A DNA stretch of 64,000 bases from Nitrosopumilus sp. (GCA_965224195.1 OZ245040.1:1152001-1216000), one strand, 5' to 3'. Counted from the first letter of the stretch, positions 20,123 through 30,516 are shown. The notes: generated from the sequence alone by a model not told the origin. Made by a program: numbers and translations.

Positions 20123-22150
20123 GTGATTCAAATCAAATTTTCTAAACTGGATTCAAATATATTTCAAATTGAAACAGATGAAAAATTAAGTCCATATGTT
20201 AGAATAAATCTAAAACAAGAAAATTTTAAAAATACTGAAAATAAATTGGTTTGGCAAAAAACATCTGACGATAATCAAACAATTGAAATAATTTATGATT
20301 TATTTAGTGAGAATAGGTATGAAATTATTCCAAATCCAGAAATAAAAAAAATTATAGACAATTTTGAACATCTAAAAAAAGAATATGAAAAATTTGTGGA
20401 GATAGGTACAGAATTAAAAAAGAATAGAAATCCAACTTTACCTAAAATAGAATTAGAACAAGGAATATCTCTAAAACCTTATCAAAAAATGCCCGTTAAC
20501 CATATGATAACTATACCCAATACTGCAAATTTTTCCATTCCTGGTTCTGGAAAAACCCTAATGACATTATCATCATTTAATATTTTAACAAATCAGAATA
20601 AAATAGATCAAATGTGGGTTATTGGTCCATTGGCTTCATTTAAAGCATGGGAGATGGATTACGAAAAACTATTTGGTAAATCAATATCCAAACATACTCT
20701 TCGTTATCATGGAACTCCAGTAGAACGTAAAAAATTAAGAGGCCAAATAAAAGACAAAGATATAATCATTACATCATATGGTACGGCAAATAATGATTTA
20801 GAATTAATTAAAAATTTGTGGAAATATAATAATAAAAAAATATTATTAGTACTAGATGAATCTCATCACATTAAATCTATTGAAGAAACAACTACAGACG
20901 GCAACGATACAATGTCTTCTAAAATGATTCAATTGGGAAAATATGCTAATAGAAGATGCATTTTGACAGGTACTCCAATTCCTAGAAAGTTAGAAGATCT
21001 CTGGTCACAAATAACGTTTTTGTGGCCACATATTGAACCATTCAAAGAACTTTACGGGGGATCCCGTAGAGAATTTGAGAGATATGTAAAAGACGAATTT
21101 GGTGCAGAAGAAAAAATTAAAGAGATAATTAATTTCATGTGGAGTAGAGTTACAAATAAAGAAATGGCACCAGAAATGCCAGAAAGACATTCTCATCCAA
21201 TTAAAGTTATAATGGATTCAACTCAGCAGCAAATCTACCATATCATCAAACATCAAGCTGCAAGTGAGATGGATGAAGGTAGAAGTCAAGATGCAGTTAG
21301 AAAATTAAAAAAAGCAACTATCATCAGATTATATCAGACTGTAACAAATCCTAGATTAATATCTGAAAATGATGGAGATTTCCAAATTGATGGATTAAAG
21401 ACTGTCGAGAGAAAAGGAGATCAAGATATTTTGAATCTTATTTCAGAATATGACGGTACAAAAACCACTCCAAAAATTGAAGCGATAGCAGAACATGCAA
21501 GGGAATTATCCACAGGTATTGGAAAACGTGCATCAAAGAATGGACCAAAAAATATATTAATTTTTACTATTTTCAAAGGAACGGTAGATGACATTGCAAA
21601 AAAACTCAAGGATTTAGAGCCATTAGTAGTGAAAGGAGACATTGATGGAACAATTAGAGAGGACATATATGAAAAATTTAAAAATTGGAAATTTCCAAAT
21701 GGTTATGGAAAAATTTTAATTGCAACTATTGGTTCCGTAGCAGAATCTGTGTCATTACATAACAATAAAAATAATGAACCTGTATGCCAAAATGTAATTT
21801 ATGCAGAAAGAAGTCACAATGCAGGTCAATACATGCAATCACTTTTTCGAGTTTATCGTGTAGGTTCTAAAAAGGAATTAGACATACATTATTATTTTTA
21901 TCAAAGTATTTTTGATGGAGGAATTACTTCAATAGATGATACCGTTGACGGTATTTTAACTGCTAGAACAAATAGAATGTTTGATATTTTAGGTGATGAG
22001 TTCATAATGAAACCAATGTCATTAGGAATAGATACAAAAGATGATAAAAAGAATTATGATGAAAATGAGAAATTAAGTGATATTGATGATATCGATGAAA
22101 TAGAGGATGAAATTTTTAAAAAGGAAATCCCAAAGGAGAATTTAAATTAA
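20123..22150 (+). CDS. SNF2-family helicase/ATPase
   Basis: LKPYQ, FSIPGSGKT, LDESHHIK, LTGTP..LEDLWSQ, QSLFRVYRVG. Confidence 0.92.
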   Translation: MIQIKFSKLDSNIFQIETDEKLSPYVRINLKQENFKNTENKLVWQKTSDDNQTIEIIYDLFSENRYEIIPNPEIKKIIDNFEHLKKEYEKFVEIGTELKKNRNPTLPKIELEQGISLKPYQKMPVNHMITIPNTANFSIPGSGKTLMTLSSFNILTNQNKIDQMWVIGPLASFKAWEMDYEKLFGKSISKHTLRYHGTPVERKKLRGQIKDKDIIITSYGTANNDLELIKNLWKYNNKKILLVLDESHHIKSIEETTTDGNDTMSSKMIQLGKYANRRCILTGTPIPRKLEDLWSQITFLWPHIEPFKELYGGSRREFERYVKDEFGAEEKIKEIINFMWSRVTNKEMAPEMPERHSHPIKVIMDSTQQQIYHIIKHQAASEMDEGRSQDAVRKLKKATIIRLYQTVTNPRLISENDGDFQIDGLKTVERKGDQDILNLISEYDGTKTTPKIEAIAEHARELSTGIGKRASKNGPKNILIFTIFKGTVDDIAKKLKDLEPLVVKGDIDGTIREDIYEKFKNWKFPNGYGKILIATIGSVAESVSLHNNKNNEPVCQNVIYAERSHNAGQYMQSLFRVYRVGSKKELDIHYYFYQSIFDGGITSIDDTVDGILTARTNRMFDILGDEFIMKPMSLGIDTKDDKKNYDENEKLSDIDDIDEIEDEIFKKEIPKENLN

Positions 22151-22163
22151 TTAAATCCATAAC

Positions 22164-23130
22164 ATGAAAGCAAATATTTCTGATTTAGTTTGTATTTTAA
22201 AATATTTTAATAATTCCAAAAATATTGAAAAAAAATATTTATTTTTTTAATTAAATCGAGACACAACAAGAATCAATTGGGTTAAACTGTATAATTTAGG
22301 AATAGAATTAAAAATTTTAAATGAAAATAAAAGCATTGCTAAAATTACATCCAAAGGAAAAGTATTCTATTCAATGTCAAATAATTCTTCAGAATTAAAC
22401 ATTGAGCAAAAATTATTTATTTTTACAAATGGAGTTTTGGATAATCCATCATTTAAAGTAATTAATAATTTTTTAAAATTATTTACTCTCAATAATCAAA
22501 GATGATTTAGAATTTTATAAAAAACAAAAGGGTTATGAAAAATTGAGAAGCAGTGATACTGACATTTTATTTGAATTAAATGTATTAAATTATGAAACAA
22601 ACAAAATAACAATCAATGAAAAATTTGCAGAAATCTTATTACATCAAAAATTATTGGGCAAGTCGGAATTATCTCAAAGTGAATTTGATCGAATTTTAGA
22701 TGAACAAAAAAGAATTGGAGATTTAGGTGAGAAATTAACACTAGAATATGAAAAAGATCAATTTAAGAAGAAAAGATGGAATTATCAAGAAAAAAATGTG
22801 AGAATAATTGGGAAAAAAAATATACGTAAAGGATATGATCTAGAGTCATTTTTAACACAAAAATCTAGACTCAATTCTGAGGGAATAGCTGATAAACACA
22901 TTGAAGTTAAAAGTAGAAAATATGATGAATTTTCATTTATAATTTCTGCAAATGAATTAAAAATTGGAAAGATTCTATCTGAGAGAGAAAATCATGAATA
23001 TTTGATATATTTTTGGAATAATTTAGGAAGCAAAAATTTGCCTACATCCCCGGTGAAAATTATGTCATTTAAAAAATTGAATGTTACACCTTGCAAGAAT
23101 TGTCTCAACTATTTTGTATCTTTAGATTGA
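22164..23130 (+). CDS. DUF3883 (NO VEIN C-terminal)-like PD-(D/E)xK nuclease; 5' part broken in this sequence
   Basis: IGDLGEKLTLEYE...GYDLES...IEVKS...ISANE in 22543-23130; the upstream frame from ATG 22164 joins across an in-frame stop and a frameshift in A/T runs. Confidence 0.8.
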
Positions 23131-23207
23131 TCTTAGAAAATTAACTTATTTTGATGAGTATAAAATAATCAAAAAAAAAACCTATAAGAGATAATCTTAG
23201 TCAAAAA

Positions 23208-24092
23208 TTGAACAATTTGTTAAAATCAACTCAAAGACTTAATGTAATTTATCGTAGTGACTGTTTAAACAAATTAAAAAAATTAGATTCTAATTCTATA
23301 GATTTTATTATTACTTCTCCTCCGTATGCAGATAGCAGAAAAAAAACATACGAAGGCGCTTCTGCAGATAAATATGTGAACTGGTTTTTACCTATTTCAA
23401 AAGAACTTAAACGTGTTTTAAAACCTAGAGGCTCTTTTATTTTAAATATCAAAGAAAGAGTTGTTGATTCTGAACGTAGTACATATGTTCTAGAATTAAT
23501 TCTAGAGATGCGAAAACAAGGATGGCTGTGGACTGAGGAGTATCTTTGGCATAAAAAAAATTCTTTTCCTGGAAAATGGCCAAATAGATTCCGAGATGGG
23601 TGGGAAAGATGCTTGCATTTTACAAAACAGAAAAAATTCAAAATGTATCAAAAATCAGTCATGGTGTCTAAGGGAAAATGGACAGAGTCTAGACTCAAAA
23701 ATCTTTCTGAGACTGATATGGAACGTGATAAATCTCGCGTGATGAGTGGATTTAGTAAAAATGTATCCAATTGGTTGGATAGGGATCTGGCATACCCATC
23801 TAATGTCATTCATATGGCAACTGAATGTTCTAATGTAAGTCATAGTGCCGCATTTCCTGTATCTTTACCTGAATGGTTTATCAAATTATTTACAAAAGAT
23901 GAGGATGTTGTATTGGATCCTTTTATGGGGAGTGGCACTACTGCTGTAGCTGCAACAAAATTAAATCGTAATTATATTGGAATGGAAAAAAATACGTTAT
24001 ATCATAAATATGCAAATAAAAGAATTAGAATTTTTAAGAAAGAACTTGAAGCAAATTTAAAATCTAAAAATAAATTAAAAATTTCTAGTTAG
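23208..24092 (+). CDS. beta-class amino (N4-C/N6-A) DNA methyltransferase
   Basis: ITSPPY motif IV N-terminal; HSAAFP; VLDPFMGSGTT motif I C-terminal. Confidence 0.95.
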   Translation: MNNLLKSTQRLNVIYRSDCLNKLKKLDSNSIDFIITSPPYADSRKKTYEGASADKYVNWFLPISKELKRVLKPRGSFILNIKERVVDSERSTYVLELILEMRKQGWLWTEEYLWHKKNSFPGKWPNRFRDGWERCLHFTKQKKFKMYQKSVMVSKGKWTESRLKNLSETDMERDKSRVMSGFSKNVSNWLDRDLAYPSNVIHMATECSNVSHSAAFPVSLPEWFIKLFTKDEDVVLDPFMGSGTTAVAATKLNRNYIGMEKNTLYHKYANKRIRIFKKELEANLKSKNKLKISS

Positions 24093-24242
24093 CTTTTTTA
24101 AAAAGTGATTTTTGACCAAATTGATTTTAGTTGAATGTATTTTTCTCTGAATCTATTTTTCAGTAACAATATGTTGGAAAACTACATTATTCTTTAAAAA
24201 TTCTTAAAAAATCATATAATGATCATACTCTATAGAATACTA

Positions 24243-24728
24243 ATGTCGCTTGACGTCTCATCATTAATTCAGGCATTAAACAAGTCAAAACTAGTTGCAA
24301 AATGTCCGCACTGTGGAGATGAGTTCCGCCTTTCAAAGTCGCTTCTTTTTGACGGAAGAGGGAAATTTCCCGACAAGGCAGAAATAAGAAGACTGGAATT
24401 GTTCGAGGAGCTCAAAGACAGAGCCACAGATCTCTTGGAAAAACAAAAGAGAGCAACAACAAAATCAGAAAAAACAGCAGTAGCCGTAGGAATTGGAAAG
24501 ATTATTGAGAAAATTTTTCCTGCTCACAAGAATTTTGATCTGATCCCCTCTGATTGCAGATTCCTTGCAGAGCCAATAGATATGATAATCTTTGATGGAG
24601 TGTCTGAAAACAAGGTAGACAAGATAACCTTCATGGATGTAAAGACAGGTGGTGCCACACTCAACAAACATCAGAGACAAATCCGAGATGCGATAAATGA
24701 TCACAACGTAAAGTGGGAGTCATACTAA
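24243..24728 (+). CDS. Holliday-junction-resolvase-like endonuclease (Endonuc_Holl type)
   Basis: CPHC knuckle; GKIIEK..P, RFLAEPIDMIIFDG..ITFMDVKTG..LNKHQRQIRDAI. Confidence 0.85.
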   Translation: MSLDVSSLIQALNKSKLVAKCPHCGDEFRLSKSLLFDGRGKFPDKAEIRRLELFEELKDRATDLLEKQKRATTKSEKTAVAVGIGKIIEKIFPAHKNFDLIPSDCRFLAEPIDMIIFDGVSENKVDKITFMDVKTGGATLNKHQRQIRDAINDHNVKWESY

Positions 24729-25237
24729 TGGTACAATCCTTTGTTGAGATGTTTAATCAGCTAAAGACTATTCACTGCATGTGTTCTAACTGTGATAATA
24801 TAATGAGGGCAAGTGATTTGAAATTGATCTCTAAAGAAAAAACAGACAAAACATGGCTTGATACACATGATGTAAAAACAAAACAGATAGACAAAAAAGA
24901 AGATAAGTTTGCAGAAGAAGAAGGTAAAATTAGAGAAGAATCTCGAAAGAGAGGGAGAGACCAAGTTCCAAAATTAATCAATCAATCGCTAAACAAGAAT
25001 TTCTTAAAACTAAAGTATGATCCGTATGATGTCAAGGCAATTCTACATCCAGTTGATTTTATTGCATTCAAAGGAATGAATGACGGACAAGTTGAACATG
25101 TCTCTTTACTGTCAAATAAAACAACAAACCCTCACATGCAAAGTCTTCACAAGGCAATTGCAGAAGCAATCAAGACAAAATCATATGATTGGAAAGTATT
25201 GCATGTAGCCGAAGATGGTGAGGTTGCCTACAAATAA
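24728..25237 (+). CDS. paralogous Endonuc_Holl-type protein with degenerate catalytic motif
   Basis: CSNC knuckle; HPVDFIAFKGM..VSLLSNKT lacks the acidic residue of D/E-x-K; TAATG coupling to previous gene. Confidence 0.8.
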   Translation: MVQSFVEMFNQLKTIHCMCSNCDNIMRASDLKLISKEKTDKTWLDTHDVKTKQIDKKEDKFAEEEGKIREESRKRGRDQVPKLINQSLNKNFLKLKYDPYDVKAILHPVDFIAFKGMNDGQVEHVSLLSNKTTNPHMQSLHKAIAEAIKTKSYDWKVLHVAEDGEVAYK

Positions 25238-25258
25238 ATTAAAAATTGAGCATGAAAT

Positions 25259-26653
25259 ATGACTAATTCTAAACAAATAAGAAAATTTGATCTAAATATT
25301 GAAGAAGTTTTAGAGAATTGGGACGTATATCATGCAATAAGAGAAATTATTGCAAATGCCATTGATGAACAGATACTAACAGATACACAAGAAATTGAAA
25401 TTAAAAAAGAGAAAAATAGTTTTGTAATTCGTGATTATGGACGCGGTGTGAAATATGAACATCTAACTCAAAATGAAAATAAGGAAAAGATATCCCACCC
25501 AGAATTAGTTATTGGAAAATTTGGAGTGGGTTTGAAGGATGCATTAGCCACATTTGATAGACATAAAATCAAAATTATGCTAAAATCAAAATATGGAGAT
25601 ATCACAATTGATAAATCATCCAAATTTGGATTTGAGGATGTTATTACACTTCATGCAGTGATTTCTCCCCCATCAGAATCCAAAATTGTTGGAACAAAGA
25701 TAATTCTTGAAGGATGTACAAAAAATGATGTAGAAAAAGCAAAAAATCTCTTCTTAAAATTTTCAGGTGAAAAAATGTTAGAAAGAACACAATATGGTGA
25801 AATTCTACAAAAAGATTCTATTTCAAAAATTTACATTAATGGAATCAAAGTTGCAGAAGAAGATAACTTTCTTTTTTCATATAATATTACTTCATTAACC
25901 AACGCAATGCGAAAAGCTCTAAATCGTGAAAGAACACATGTTGGAAGAACTGCATATACTGAACGAGTTAAATCTATTTTGCTTTCAAGTAATGATGAAA
26001 AAATTGCCCGATTACTAGTAGATGATCTTGAAGGATATCAAAAAGGTACAGAACATGATGAAATGAAATACATCGATGTTGCAGTGCATGCATGTAAAAT
26101 ATTGAATACTTCATCATCAGTAGTTTTTGTAACACCCCAACAATTACAATATGACACTATGGCCATAGACAATGCTAGAAATGATGGATTGGCAATAATT
26201 GTTGTACCTGAAACAATTAGTCACAAAATACAAGGTATGAAAGATATTTCTGGAAATATAATGCGTGATTTGGGACAATACAATCTGGAATGGAATGAAA
26301 GTTTTGAATTCAAATTTGTAAAACCCTCTGAATTAACATTAAACGAACGTAAAATCTATGATAAGACATTCGATATTTTCAATTTAATTGGAGGCAAACC
26401 AAACATAATCAAAAATATTTCAATATCTGAAACTATGCGTAGAGAATTTTCTGGAAATGAAGCACTTGGTATTTGGGAGCCAAGTATTAAGAGAATAGTT
26501 ATCAAACGAGAACAACTCACAAAAATTGAATCATATGCAGGTACACTACTTCATGAAGCCGCACATGCATTAAGTGGAGCAGGTGATGTATCGCGAGAAT
26601 TTGAAATGGAATTAACTAACATTATTGGTAAAATTTCTGATAAATCAATCTGA
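25259..26653 (+). CDS. GHKL (HATPase)-type ATPase fused to a C-terminal zincin metallopeptidase motif
   Basis: AIREIIANAID, IRDYGRG, IGKFGVGLK; C-terminal GTLLHEAAH. Confidence 0.85.
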   Translation: MTNSKQIRKFDLNIEEVLENWDVYHAIREIIANAIDEQILTDTQEIEIKKEKNSFVIRDYGRGVKYEHLTQNENKEKISHPELVIGKFGVGLKDALATFDRHKIKIMLKSKYGDITIDKSSKFGFEDVITLHAVISPPSESKIVGTKIILEGCTKNDVEKAKNLFLKFSGEKMLERTQYGEILQKDSISKIYINGIKVAEEDNFLFSYNITSLTNAMRKALNRERTHVGRTAYTERVKSILLSSNDEKIARLLVDDLEGYQKGTEHDEMKYIDVAVHACKILNTSSSVVFVTPQQLQYDTMAIDNARNDGLAIIVVPETISHKIQGMKDISGNIMRDLGQYNLEWNESFEFKFVKPSELTLNERKIYDKTFDIFNLIGGKPNIIKNISISETMRREFSGNEALGIWEPSIKRIVIKREQLTKIESYAGTLLHEAAHALSGAGDVSREFEMELTNIIGKISDKSI

Positions 26654-26662
26654 GAAAATAAA

Positions 26663-27111
26663 ATGATTAACCAAATAAAATTCAAAGTGCAAGGGCGACC
26701 ACCACGAAAGACAGAAGATAAATCTTGCTGGTCCGTTAACAGTAAAGAATGGAAATACATCTACAAGCTTAAAGAAGAGGCATTTGAAGCAAAGAAATTA
26801 GCAGGTGTTGATGATTATTTTAAAACAAATGCAAAGATTTCAATTATTATCAATACACCCTATTTGACAAAAAAAGATGAAAATCTCCACATTGGCGATC
26901 TTGACACATTTGTAGCGGGAATTTTTGAAGCAATCCAACCTGCACACCCCAAAATGATACATTAGATATTGATGAGAAACTGAAAAATCACCCTGATTTT
27001 GGTTCTAAAATTTCTTTGTTAGTAGAAGATGATTCTTACATTACTGAAGTTAATGCCAAGAAAATTAAAAATGATGAAACATTTTATGAAATAGAAATTA
27101 CTGATGCATAA
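26663..27111 (+). pseudogene. RusA-like resolvase, frameshifted near 26960
   Basis: FKVQGRPP..K, GDLDTFVAGIFEAI, then VEDDSYITEVNAKK in a shifted frame. Confidence 0.65.
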
Positions 27112-27261
27112 ATCATTCATTTGAACACACACTTTGTTCGTTCATTTGAACAAACAATATCTACGCCTATAACTGCCAAAACCACTCATTATCCGCCATT
27201 CAATGACATTCATTACCATTCATTACCAATAGTTATATACCGCAAATTTAATCCCAATAAC

Positions 27262-27675
27262 ATGAGTACACAATCTCAAACCAGCGACGCATTTGCAATG
27301 TACAAGCAAAATGTTCAGAAATACTTTGAAAATATTTCAAAACTAACTCCACAATATTTTCAATCTGCAACAGAATTGCAAAACGAATGTATGAAAACTT
27401 GTCAAAAAACAATTAACGCTACAGTATCAATGCAACAAGAATTTGCAAAGAAATCAGGAATCAATACTGAAATTCCAGACTCTGCAAAAACTGCACTAGT
27501 TGATACAAACAAGCAAATTGTTCAAGCAAGCACAGTAAACAACCAAATGGCAAAAACTGCTATTGAGGCAACTGTTCAAAATTTCAAAACATTTAACGAC
27601 AATGTTAATGCCTTTGCTGAATTAAACAAAAACATTATCCAAACCTGGGTAACTCCTTTCGCACAAACAAAATAG
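27262..27675 (+). CDS. phasin-like amphipathic helical protein
   Basis: Q/N/T/A-rich helical 137-aa protein starting MSTQSQ; TATA-like TTATATAC just upstream. Confidence 0.55.
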   Translation: MSTQSQTSDAFAMYKQNVQKYFENISKLTPQYFQSATELQNECMKTCQKTINATVSMQQEFAKKSGINTEIPDSAKTALVDTNKQIVQASTVNNQMAKTAIEATVQNFKTFNDNVNAFAELNKNIIQTWVTPFAQTK

Positions 27676-27815
27676 TGTGATTGACTTTTCTTTTTTATTT
27701 TATTAGTTTAGAATAATTTATGAAATTTGATGATCACTCATCAAACCCCACAGTGTGTTCGGTAATTTGTCTTTCAAAATTTGTATTTAACCCAGATGAA
27801 CGATTCATCAGTGGG

Positions 27816-28916
27816 TTATCTGAGTTCAGAAGTTCCTCTATTAGTTTGATAACTTCCAGCTGATTCTCCAATGGACACAGCACACAAATCCTTAGGATCT
27901 ATCCCTGTTTGCTCAGTGCCCGTTTTTTTACTTTTTTTGTCACTCCAAACAAAAAAGCCAGCAGCTATTGCTACTCCGATACCTGACACGGCATACATTG
28001 TTGGAACCTGTGAATCATCGTTATCTACCGTTCCTGGGGCATTCTCTGTAACTAGAAATGACTCTATTCTTCCTGCACTTTCCTGAACATACCCTTCAAT
28101 GATTATTGTTCCATCATCTTGGCTTTCTATAGAGCGTATCGTATATTCTTCCTCATCAATAACAAAGGATTCAGTGAGGTCTCTGTCTTGGCAGACTCCG
28201 AGGTATACTGTGCATATCCCCATGGAATAGTTTGTTACAACTATGCCTGAAAACCCAAATTCTACAGTCTCACTCATTTTTGCAGTAGGATCAAACATTG
28301 ATTCCCACTTTGATAGTGGCAAGTCAGAAAGTCCTGTGGTATCTAGTAATTTTAAATCCAATACCTTCATGGCATCAGATTCTGAGAGATATCGTGCAAC
28401 CTCTGGTAGTATGACAAACACTGAGATTGGAGAGTTGATGTCATATACTCCAAATTCAGTCTCTATTGGAATTTCACCCAATACCTCAAATCCTCTCCAT
28501 TGTGAATCAAGGACAGATTCTGAAATAAAATGGCCATACATAGTTAGTTCTAGTAATATCTTGTATTCTATGGATGCCGAATTTTCATGTGGGGTGATGG
28601 TGGCAGAATATTTTCCTGTTACATCAGAGACTGTGACAAATGATTTTTCTTGCAATTGAGAGTTTATCTCTTGAATTAATACAGCGGCATTTTTAGAGTC
28701 TAAATCAAGTGATATTTTTTGTTGTGCATCTCCAAACAATTCGGCTAGTTTACTATCTTCTGAATACTGAATTGATACAATTCTTGTAAATGTAAAAACT
28801 GGTGAAAATTCATCAGAGCCTTTAGGTATTACAGCATCAAGCTGAACTGCATGTGCTGGTATCACAAATGACACTAGTACCAACATTACAACAACTCCAA
28901 CATATTTCTCATTCAT
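27816..28916 (-). CDS. exported acidic protein with C-terminal membrane anchor
   Basis: signal peptide (..IPAHA), C-terminal TM and cytoplasmic tail. Confidence 0.8.
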   Translation of the reverse strand: MNEKYVGVVVMLVLVSFVIPAHAVQLDAVIPKGSDEFSPVFTFTRIVSIQYSEDSKLAELFGDAQQKISLDLDSKNAAVLIQEINSQLQEKSFVTVSDVTGKYSATITPHENSASIEYKILLELTMYGHFISESVLDSQWRGFEVLGEIPIETEFGVYDINSPISVFVILPEVARYLSESDAMKVLDLKLLDTTGLSDLPLSKWESMFDPTAKMSETVEFGFSGIVVTNYSMGICTVYLGVCQDRDLTESFVIDEEEYTIRSIESQDDGTIIIEGYVQESAGRIESFLVTENAPGTVDNDDSQVPTMYAVSGIGVAIAAGFFVWSDKKSKKTGTEQTGIDPKDLCAVSIGESAGSYQTNRGTSELR

Positions 28917-29015
28917 ACCATAAATTACATTTTATTCTATAAAACAAGAACAAGGGATTATTTTCTTTGAGAAAACATTACTCCTTTTTTATACTATTTT
29001 CACAATTACACACTC

Positions 29016-29315
29016 ATGCAAAAATACACAATCCTTACAGGACTATTTCTTGCTGCACTAATGGCTACATTTGCACAACCAGCATTTGCACAATATGATG
29101 TTCTAGATAAGGGGATATACCAAGGAATGGAAACCTCAAAAGACAAAGTAGAGATTGCAAACAAAGAGGGTGCATTAGGTTCTGGCACTCCATACTTTGC
29201 TGCAGATGGTGTACTAGGCGCATCATTACTCTCCGGTGGAGTATTTGGAGGGATTGCTGCAATGCTTTTCATTCGAGGTAAAAAAGGAAAATATGCTGCA
29301 ATTGGACGAGGGTAA
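29016..29315 (+). CDS. small exported/membrane protein
   Basis: signal peptide (PAFAQ), Gly-rich C-terminal TM. Confidence 0.8.
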   Translation: MQKYTILTGLFLAALMATFAQPAFAQYDVLDKGIYQGMETSKDKVEIANKEGALGSGTPYFAADGVLGASLLSGGVFGGIAAMLFIRGKKGKYAAIGRG

Positions 29316-29401
29316 TCCCTCTCTTTTTGTGCGTAAATCCATTCAATTATTTAAAGAAAATTTTTTTTCTCACAAATAGGAAAATGTAGCATTTCTTAAG
29401 T

Positions 29402-29935
29402 ATGATTTTGACGTATTGTATGGTGATGTCAAACAAGTTCTCTCAACTATTGTGTATGGATACAATAAGAAATGCAAATAATCATCTAGAGCCAGGACAA
29501 CGAACTATGCTTGCTTGTGAAAACAATCTTCCAGAGTCAACCGTAAAGGCTGCGTTGTCTATTCTAAAAGATCATGATTATGCGCTTTGGATTGAACTAC
29601 ACGAACACAACCTAGCTGAAAAGATTATTGGAATCTATTCTGATCCAACAAAACGCCACATTCTTTTGCAAATTGATAGTCCTATTTCAAAAGATGAATT
29701 GCTTAATCAATGTGGAGCTTCACAATCTTCAGCTTATCGAAAGTTCAATGAGTTGTTGCAAGATGGTTTTATTTTGCCAGTCGGATACACCAAATCTACA
29801 AAACGTGTACGGCTATATGACAAAATAATCTCAAAGGCTGAGTTTAGCGTTTCAACAAAAATAAGTCAAATTCGACTTCAGGTAAATTTATCGCGTTTAC
29901 CAAAACTTCCAATAGGGGAGCCCATTTATCCATGA
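29402..29935 (+). CDS. ArsR-like winged-helix regulator
   Basis: SDPTKRHIL...SQSSAYRKFNELLQDGFI. Confidence 0.75.
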   Translation: MILTYCMVMSNKFSQLLCMDTIRNANNHLEPGQRTMLACENNLPESTVKAALSILKDHDYALWIELHEHNLAEKIIGIYSDPTKRHILLQIDSPISKDELLNQCGASQSSAYRKFNELLQDGFILPVGYTKSTKRVRLYDKIISKAEFSVSTKISQIRLQVNLSRLPKLPIGEPIYP

Positions 29936-30516
29936 CCTCGATGGAGACTCTCCTTGCTACTTCTTTTGAGAAAAAATTTTCTGATTTTGTAGGAGATGTG
30001 GAAGTTACAAAAATTAAAAATTCAGTTTTTGAGCAATATGACATGACCCTACTATCATCCATTAAAGATTTTGAAAAATTTCAATTAATTACTGGTCAAG
30101 TTCTTGGTGATGATGGAACACCTATGATAAAGAAAACTTTAGAATCTATTTGCTCTTTAGAATCAAAATCTGAACACGTTGTGGAAATTAAAGATGAATC
30201 TCTGAAGAATGCAATTTTGTTATCTTTTGAAGATGGTGTTAAAAAACAAATTTTGGATATTGCATTTGATTATCCTCTGACAATCTGGGAAATTGCATCT
30301 AGGACAAATATTGAACCTGGAATCATTTCTGAAAATATTTCATACCTTATTTCTCATGGTTTACTTGCAACTAATGATTTACAAGATTCTGAACACAACA
30401 AAAAATATTGTTCGGTAATTGATAATTTCTCAGTAAAAACTGAAGGTGATGAATTTCACATGTATGTTACGATAAATGAAATTACAAATACTGATCCATT
30501 AAAGATAATTTCCTAG
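29932..30516 (+). CDS. winged-helix regulator-like protein
   Basis: KKQILDIA..PLTIWEIA...ISYLISHGLL; ATGA overlap with previous gene. Confidence 0.75.
   Translation: MTSMETLLATSFEKKFSDFVGDVEVTKIKNSVFEQYDMTLLSSIKDFEKFQLITGQVLGDDGTPMIKKTLESICSLESKSEHVVEIKDESLKNAILLSFEDGVKKQILDIAFDYPLTIWEIASRTNIEPGIISENISYLISHGLLATNDLQDSEHNKKYCSVIDNFSVKTEGDEFHMYVTINEITNTDPLKIIS

Noticed and set aside
27735-27815. Hammerhead-like CTGATGA...GAAA on the minus strand
   Set aside because: No stem II can form; CTGATGA is part of a simple hairpin right after the 27816 stop, better explained as a terminator
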